A stretch of 64,000 bases of DNA from Alphaproteobacteria bacterium (GTDB lineage Bacteria; Pseudomonadota; Alphaproteobacteria; Bin95), in NCBI GenBank assembly GCA_963665325.3, contig OZ224045.1, positions 768,001 to 832,000 of the forward strand. The letters are read 5' to 3'. Each line of letters opens with the position of its first letter. The stretch's first letter is position 1. The translations under genes were made by a program, and so were the position numbers. A model generated the notes under the pieces. That model was not told where the DNA came from. It ran no database searches and was given only the letters and a program-made list of their open reading frames with translations. Shown one piece after another: positions 58,205-64,000 of this stretch.

Positions 58205-58672
58205 ATGCCGGAAGATCGCCACAGTTTCATGGGCCTCGCACTCGAGGAAGCGGAGCGGGGAAAGGCGGACGGCAATATCCCGGTAGGCTCCGTCATCGTG
58301 CGCGATGGCAAGGTCATCGGGCGCGGGCGCAACCGCGTCGCCTCGGACCGCGATCCGACCTGCCATGCCGAGGTGGACGCGCTCCGGGACGCCTGCCGCA
58401 ACCTCGATAGCCCGGACCTTTCGGGCGCCGCCTGCTACACCACGATGGAGCCCTGCCCGATGTGCTGCTGGGCGCTGAAGGAAGCGGGGGTCGCGCGCCT
58501 CGTTCTGGGTGCCCGCCATGCGGAGATGCGCCGGACGGACTACGGCCGCTACAGCGTAGAGACGCTGCTGGAGCTGACCGGCCGCTCGCTGGAGATCGAG
58601 ACAGGCGTGCGCACGGCGGAATGCGAGGCCATCCGCCGGAGTTGGACCGGCTGGGTGGAGCCCAAGGCCTGA
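58205..58672 (+). CDS. Nucleoside/nucleobase deaminase (TadA/cytidine deaminase-like)
   Basis: HAE and EPCPMC zinc motifs. Confidence 0.88.
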   Translation: MPEDRHSFMGLALEEAERGKADGNIPVGSVIVRDGKVIGRGRNRVASDRDPTCHAEVDALRDACRNLDSPDLSGAACYTTMEPCPMCCWALKEAGVARLVLGARHAEMRRTDYGRYSVETLLELTGRSLEIETGVRTAECEAIRRSWTGWVEPKA

Positions 58673-58704
58673 GCAGCGCGCCACACGGCGGGGAGGAGAC
58701 GGAG

Positions 58705-59553
58705 ATGGAGACGGGAAACAGCGAGCTGTTCGCCGTGTTGGGCGAGCAGCGCTACCGGATCGACCGGCCCTGGGGCCGCTGGCCGGAGCACATTCCGGTC
58801 GGGATCATCAGCAAATGCGCGGTCGATGCTGGCGGCAACCTCTATGTCTGCCAGCGGCGCTCGACCCCGGTCCTGGTGTTCGACGCGGAAGGAAATTTCG
58901 TTCGAAGCTGGGGCGACGGGCAAATCGCCGACCCGCATGGAATTGCCGTGGCCCCCGACGGGCGTGTTCTCGTGGTGGACCGGGACGCGCACCAGGTGCT
59001 CGTCTTCGATGTCCAGGGCGAGTTGCTGCTGGCGCTCGGCGAGCGGCACCGCCCCCGGACCCAGGCGCCCTTCAACCATCCGACCGATGTCGCGGTCGGG
59101 CCCGGCGGCGACTTCTATGTCTCCGACGGTTACGGCAACACCATGGTCCACCGATTCGCGCCCGACGGCGCGCTCCTGCGGAGTTGGGGCGGAAGGGGGA
59201 GCGGCCCCGGCGAGTTCACGACGCCGCACGGCATCGGCGTCCTCGGCAACGGGCGGGTGCTGGTCGGCGACCGCGAGAACAACCGCGTCCAGGTCTTCTC
59301 GTCCGAAGGCGACTACCTCGAAGATTTCGGCCCGTTCTACAAGCCGATGGACATCCATATCGACGGCGAGGAGCGGATTTACGTGTCCGACCAGGTCCCG
59401 CGCGTGACGGCGCTCGCCGCCGACGGGACCGTCCTCGGAAGCTGCAAGCCGGTGGCGGTGATGCCGCACGGGGTCAGCGGCGATGCGGCCGGGGCGCTCT
59501 ATTTCGTCGAGACCCACACGACCGTCATCACCCGCCTCGCGCCCGTTTCCTAG
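58705..59553 (+). CDS. NHL-repeat beta-propeller (peptidyl-alpha-hydroxyglycine lyase-like)
   Basis: Repeats DPHGIAV, FNHPTDVAV..SDGYGN, FTTPHGI..DRENNRVQVF. Confidence 0.88.
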   Translation: METGNSELFAVLGEQRYRIDRPWGRWPEHIPVGIISKCAVDAGGNLYVCQRRSTPVLVFDAEGNFVRSWGDGQIADPHGIAVAPDGRVLVVDRDAHQVLVFDVQGELLLALGERHRPRTQAPFNHPTDVAVGPGGDFYVSDGYGNTMVHRFAPDGALLRSWGGRGSGPGEFTTPHGIGVLGNGRVLVGDRENNRVQVFSSEGDYLEDFGPFYKPMDIHIDGEERIYVSDQVPRVTALAADGTVLGSCKPVAVMPHGVSGDAAGALYFVETHTTVITRLAPVS

Positions 59554-61310
59554 CCGGGCCTGTCCTTACCGTCGGCGGATGCGAGCAGGGCCTCGGGGTC
59601 CGGCACGCCATAGTCGCGGCGCGCGCCCTCCGGCGTCACATAGCCGTCGGCCAGGTCCTCGCCCAGCCTGGCCGGGTCGCGCTCACCCGGAGGGCCGTAG
59701 CCGCCCGAACCCGGCACGTCGAAGACCACGAGCCCGCCTGCCGGGGCGTCGAAGGAGCCCTTGCTGTTCAGGATGCGCTCGGCCCCGTCCGCATCGACGA
59801 CCGAGATACGCGCCGGCGCTCCGGCCGCCCCGCCCTCGATGCCGAAGGGCGGCGACTTGGTGCGCTCGCAGCAAACGGTCGCGCGAGAATCGCGTTCGAG
59901 GATCCGCCAGGTCCGGCGCGCACCGAGCCCGCCCCGGTAGCGGCCCGCGCCGCCGGAATCGGGCAAGAGTTCGTAGGTCTCCACCCGCACCGGGAAGCTC
60001 ATCTCGATGACTTCCACCGGCGTGTTCATGGTGTTGGAAATGCCGCTGGCGACCGCGCTTATGCCGTCCCGGTCGGGGCGTGCGCCGAAGCCGCCTTTGA
60101 CCGTTTCGTAACTGACATAGTGTTCCTCGGTCCGGTAGTCCGTGCCGCCGAGCGTCAGCACCGCCGAGGTGCCCTGGGAGCAGGCCATCACCCGGTCCGG
60201 GATGACCGCTGCCAGCGCGCCGAACACCATGTCGCAAATCCGGTGCGACATCTCGTGGTTGGCATAGACCACCGGGGCCGGATATTGCGCGTTCACCACC
60301 GAGCCCTCCGGCGCGACTACCTTGACGGGTCGCCAGGCGCCTGAGTTCGGCGGCACGACGCCGGCCGAGTCAACCGCCATCTTGAGCCCGGCGAAGACGC
60401 CCGAGGAGGTGACCGAGAGCGGCGCGTTCATCGGCCCGGCGACCTGAGGATCGGAGCCCTCGAAGTCCGCCGTCACCTCGTCGCCCCGCTTGGCGATACG
60501 CAGCCGGATATCGAAGGTCTCGTCCCGGTTCGAGCCGGCAGCGATGATGCCGTCCCCGTCGCAGAAGTCCTCGAACGAGCCCTCCCCGTCGGGAATCTCG
60601 CGGAGCAGCGTCCGCATCATCGCCTCGGAATAGTCCATCACCTCCTGCATGATGCGCTTCAGGTTTTCCGTCCCGTATTTGCGGGCGAGCGCGGCGAGCC
60701 GCTCGCAGGCCCGGCGGTTGGCCGCGACCTGCGCGCGCAGGTCGCCGCGGCGCTCGGCCGGCGTGCGGACATTGGCGAAGATCAGGTCCTCCACATCCCG
60801 GTTGACCACGCCGGCCTTGTGGATGCGCACCGGCGGCAGGCGCAGTCCCTCGCCGTAGACATCCGTCACCGCGCCGTAACTTCCCGGCGTGGCGCTGCCG
60901 ATATCCGGCCAGTGGGCGCGCACGCAGCAGAAGCCGAGGAGTGCGCCGTCCACGAAGGCAGGCGAGACGACATTCACGTCCGGCAGGTGCGAGCCGCCGA
61001 AATAGGGGTCGTTGTGGACGAACACATCGCCGGGCTCGATCTCTTCCCAGGCGCGCACCACCGCCCGCACCGCGTCCGGCATCGAGCCGAGGTGGATCGG
61101 CAGGTCGGGGCCCTGGGCCACCATGTCGCCCCGGTCGTCGAAGACGCCGCAAGAGTAGTCGCCCGCCACCTTGAGGATGGGCGAATAGGCGGTCTTGGCG
61201 AGCACCACCTTCATTTCCTCGGCCACCGCATAGAGGCTGTTCTTGACGACCTCGAAGGTGGCGGCGTCGGTCTTCACGACGGACGGATGGGAAGCAGCCA
61301 TATCACGCAC
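59550..61310 (-). CDS. Hydantoinase B / 5-oxoprolinase family subunit
   Basis: PIHLGSM, NDPYFGGSHLPD, AHWPDIG, NTPVEVIE, DSGGAGRYRGG. Confidence 0.92.
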   Translation of the reverse strand: MRDMAASHPSVVKTDAATFEVVKNSLYAVAEEMKVVLAKTAYSPILKVAGDYSCGVFDDRGDMVAQGPDLPIHLGSMPDAVRAVVRAWEEIEPGDVFVHNDPYFGGSHLPDVNVVSPAFVDGALLGFCCVRAHWPDIGSATPGSYGAVTDVYGEGLRLPPVRIHKAGVVNRDVEDLIFANVRTPAERRGDLRAQVAANRRACERLAALARKYGTENLKRIMQEVMDYSEAMMRTLLREIPDGEGSFEDFCDGDGIIAAGSNRDETFDIRLRIAKRGDEVTADFEGSDPQVAGPMNAPLSVTSSGVFAGLKMAVDSAGVVPPNSGAWRPVKVVAPEGSVVNAQYPAPVVYANHEMSHRICDMVFGALAAVIPDRVMACSQGTSAVLTLGGTDYRTEEHYVSYETVKGGFGARPDRDGISAVASGISNTMNTPVEVIEMSFPVRVETYELLPDSGGAGRYRGGLGARRTWRILERDSRATVCCERTKSPPFGIEGGAAGAPARISVVDADGAERILNSKGSFDAPAGGLVVFDVPGSGGYGPPGERDPARLGEDLADGYVTPEGARRDYGVPDPEALLASADGKDRPG

Positions 61311-63381
61311 TCCTCGTCATCAGGATGAAACCGCTCTCGTCGCGCCGGGCGCGCCAGCCGGGCGGCACGGCCGTGGTGCAGTCCATCTCCTCCACGATAA
61401 ACGGGCCCGGCCGCCCTTCCGCGCCGGTGGGCAGATCGCTCCGGGCAACGACCGGGCAGCGGACCCGGCTGCCAAACAGCACCTCGCGCTCCCGCTCTCC
61501 GGCGGAACCGGCAGGCGCCTCCGCATCGGCACGAAACTCGACGCCCGGCAGCCGGCCCGTGGCCGTGACACGGACATTCACCATCTGCACCGGCTCGTCG
61601 GGGTTTTTGTGCCCGTATGTTCGCAGGTGCCGGGTATGGAACTCGCCTGCTAGCGCGTCGAGCATCTCGCGCGTCACGGGACCGTCCCCGAGCGGCGCGG
61701 TGAGTTCGTACGCCTGCCTGGTGTAGCGGCAGTCGGCGGAGCGCTCGATGGACCGGTCGGCCTCGGGCAGCCCGGAATTGTGCAGCATGGTCCGGGCTGC
61801 GCCTTCCAGCTCGGCGAGCCGCCGGTTGAGCGCATCCAGGTCCGCCTCGTCGATTCGGGTATAGAAGGTGTGCGAGTAGTCGCGGCGAAGGTCGGTGGCG
61901 ACAAGGCCGAGGGCCGAGAACCCGCCCGGAATCGGCGGCACGATCACTTCCTCTATGCCGAGCTCTTCGGCAAGCGCCGCAGCGTGGACCGGCCCCGCAC
62001 CCCCGAAGGCGGCGAGCGAGAACTCGCGCGCGTCGTGGCCGCGCTCCACCGACACGATGCGCAGCGCCTCTGCCATGCTGTTGTTGACGACCCGCACGAT
62101 GCCCGCCGCGGCCTCCGCCACGTCCTGCCCGAGCGGGTTTGCGATGTGCTCTCGGATCGCCGCTTCCGAGGCAGCCGCGTCGATGGGCAGCCGCCCGCCG
62201 AGCAAGTGCGTGCGGCTGAGATAGCCCAGCACGACATTGGCGTCCGTCACGGTCGGCAGCGTGCCACCCTGCCCATAGCAGGCAGGGCCCGGCTCCGCGC
62301 CCGCGCTCTGAGGGCCGACCCTGAGCGCGCCGCCGGGGTCGAGCCACGCGATGCTGCCGCCGCCCGCGCTCACTTCCGCCAGGTCGATGACCGGCACCCG
62401 GATGGGATGGCCGGTGCCGTGGAGCCAGCGCCCGACGTTCCCCTCCCCGCCGACCTCGTATTCGGAGGTGGTCTCGATGCGCCCGTCCTCGATCAGGCTC
62501 GCCTTGGCGGTGGTGCCGCCCATGTCGAAAGAGATGAGGTTCGCCCGGTCGAGCTGCCGTCCCATGCGCTGCGCGGCGATGACCCCGGCGGCGGGACCGG
62601 ATTCCACGGCCCCGGCCGGCATCTTGATCGCCTCGGGCACGTCGAAGACGCCGCCGTTCGAGCCCATGACATAGAGCGACGGCAGGCGGAGTTCGTCGAG
62701 CGCGGCTTCGAGGCGCTCCAGATAGGAGGCCAGCACCGGCCCGACATAGGCGCAGACCGCCGTGGTGCTGGTGCGCTCGAACTCACGGATTTCGGGCAGC
62801 ACCTCGCTGGAGAGGAACACCGGAACGCCGGGCAGGGCGGCCCGAAGCCGTTCGCCGATCCGTCGTTCATGCGCGTCGTTGAGGAAGGAGAACATGAGGC
62901 AGACCGCCACCGCATCCACGCCCAGGCTCCGGATCGACTCCACCGCGGCATCCAGCCCGGCCTCGTCGAGCGGGACGACCACCTCGCCCTGGGCGTCGAT
63001 CCGCTCAGCCACCTCGAAGCGCTGGCGGCGCGGCACCAGCACCGCCGGCGCGTTCTGGAACAGGTCGTAAAGGTCCGCGCGGGCCGAGCGCCGGAGCTCC
63101 AGCACATCGCGGAAGCCCCCGGTCGTGACGAGGGCGACATTGGCGCCCTTCCCCTCGAGCAACGCGTTGGTGACAACCGTGGTGGCGTGGGAGACGAGGG
63201 AGACCGAACCGGGATCGATGCCGTAATCCTGCATCGCGGTCCTTATGCCCTCGATGACCGCCGCGCCGAAATCGCGGGGCGTGGTCGATACCTTGGCGAT
63301 GCCCGCGCGCCCGCTCTCTTCGTCCAGCACGGCGACATCGGTGAACGTCCCGCCGATATCGACCCCGATACGCCAACCCAT
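61303..63381 (-). CDS. Hydantoinase A / 5-oxoprolinase family ATP-binding subunit
   Basis: DIGGTFTD, SGPAAG, DMGGTT, AGGGS, GPQSAGAEPGPACY, FGGAGP. Confidence 0.93.
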   Translation of the reverse strand: MGWRIGVDIGGTFTDVAVLDEESGRAGIAKVSTTPRDFGAAVIEGIRTAMQDYGIDPGSVSLVSHATTVVTNALLEGKGANVALVTTGGFRDVLELRRSARADLYDLFQNAPAVLVPRRQRFEVAERIDAQGEVVVPLDEAGLDAAVESIRSLGVDAVAVCLMFSFLNDAHERRIGERLRAALPGVPVFLSSEVLPEIREFERTSTTAVCAYVGPVLASYLERLEAALDELRLPSLYVMGSNGGVFDVPEAIKMPAGAVESGPAAGVIAAQRMGRQLDRANLISFDMGGTTAKASLIEDGRIETTSEYEVGGEGNVGRWLHGTGHPIRVPVIDLAEVSAGGGSIAWLDPGGALRVGPQSAGAEPGPACYGQGGTLPTVTDANVVLGYLSRTHLLGGRLPIDAAASEAAIREHIANPLGQDVAEAAAGIVRVVNNSMAEALRIVSVERGHDAREFSLAAFGGAGPVHAAALAEELGIEEVIVPPIPGGFSALGLVATDLRRDYSHTFYTRIDEADLDALNRRLAELEGAARTMLHNSGLPEADRSIERSADCRYTRQAYELTAPLGDGPVTREMLDALAGEFHTRHLRTYGHKNPDEPVQMVNVRVTATGRLPGVEFRADAEAPAGSAGEREREVLFGSRVRCPVVARSDLPTGAEGRPGPFIVEEMDCTTAVPPGWRARRDESGFILMTRSA

Positions 63382-63527
63382 CGCGTTGTCCCCTCCCGGC
63401 TCCTGCCCCTTGCGGGCGAGTTTACCCTAACAGTCCGGGGCGCGCGAAAGGGCGCCCCGCATGCTTGATGGCCGGGCCGGGCGGCGGCATGCTTCGCCGG
63501 ACACCGGCCCCGAGCGAGGCGTTCGCA

Positions 63528-64000
63528 ATGTTGAGACCGGAAGACAACGAACTGCTGTGCCGGACCGGCCCCGGCACGCCGATGGGCGAGCTGTTCCGCC
63601 GGTTCTGGATTCCGGCGCTCCTTCCGGAGGAGCTGCCAACTCCGGATTGCGACCCGGTGCGCCTCAGGCTGCTGGGCGAGGACCTGGTCGCATTCCGGGA
63701 CACGGCAGGGCGGATCGGCATTCTCGACGAGAGATGCCCGCACCGGCGCGCCTCGCTCTTTTTCGGCCGCAACGAGGAATGCGGCCTGCGCTGCGTCTAT
63801 CACGGCTGGAAATTCGATGTGGACGGCAATTGCGTCGAGATGCCGAACGAGCCGCCCGAGACCGACTTCAGGCGCAAGGTGCGCACGAAAGCCTATCCCG
63901 CCGCCGAGTGGGGCGGCTGGATCTGGGCCTATATGGGGCCGAAGGACAGGCAGCCGCCCTTGCCCGAGTTCGAATGGGCGATGCTGCCGCCTGAGCACCG
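63528..64000 (+). CDS. Rieske aromatic oxygenase alpha subunit (phthalate 4,5-dioxygenase-like), runs off the window
   Basis: Manual translation MLRPEDNELLCRTGPGTPMGELFRRFW...CPHRRASL...CVYHGW (CxH..CxxH); absent from the ORF track because it has no stop. Confidence 0.9.
   Translation, partial: MLRPEDNELLCRTGPGTPMGELFRRFWIPALLPEELPTPDCDPVRLRLLGEDLVAFRDTAGRIGILDERCPHRRASLFFGRNEECGLRCVYHGWKFDVDGNCVEMPNEPPETDFRRKVRTKAYPAAEWGGWIWAYMGPKDRQPPLPEFEWAMLPPEH

Noticed and set aside
1-64000. Long antisense or alternative-frame ORFs (for example 7168-8940, 14350-15993, 27894-30056, 30168-32366, 52663-54525, 56061-57800)
   Set aside because: Shadows of real genes expected in high-GC DNA; no recognisable motifs
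1-64000. CRISPR array, tRNA/rRNA, integron attC array, reverse transcriptase
   Set aside because: No regularly spaced repeats, cloverleaf or RT motifs found by eye; a covariance search was not possible

Overview
High-GC alphaproteobacterial-type chromosome segment. Host backbone lies at about 1-8.9 kb (YdcF, PlsC, PrpF family, Cox/Xdh molybdoenzyme maturation genes, purH) and about 49.3-64 kb (branched-chain amino acid ABC transporter, rsmD, higBA, biotin carboxylase, deaminase, NHL protein, hydantoinase/oxoprolinase A/B, Rieske oxygenase). Between them is a ~40 kb genomic island (9130-49141). It carries three tandem tyrosine recombinases, a type I R-M operon with an M48 peptidase, a GmrSD-like nuclease, HU, an 1808-aa MOBF (TrwC-like) relaxase-helicase with a repetitive tail, a Zn-finger/PD-(D/E)XK partner, a duplicated and partly decayed LPS/glycan modification cluster, gene fragments and three ribbon-helix-helix-like genes. 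The key observation is that the island is bounded by an exact 11-bp direct repeat (ACACGCGATAC, 9130-9140 and 49131-49141) whose minus strand resembles a MOBF nic site. The R388-like hairpin half lies inside the left end and the post-nick half inside the right end, so a complete oriT would form only on circularisation. This suggests an element integrated at, and possibly by, its own relaxase nick site. No coupling protein or T4SS gene is visible. All calls come from reading motifs by eye; no database searches were run.
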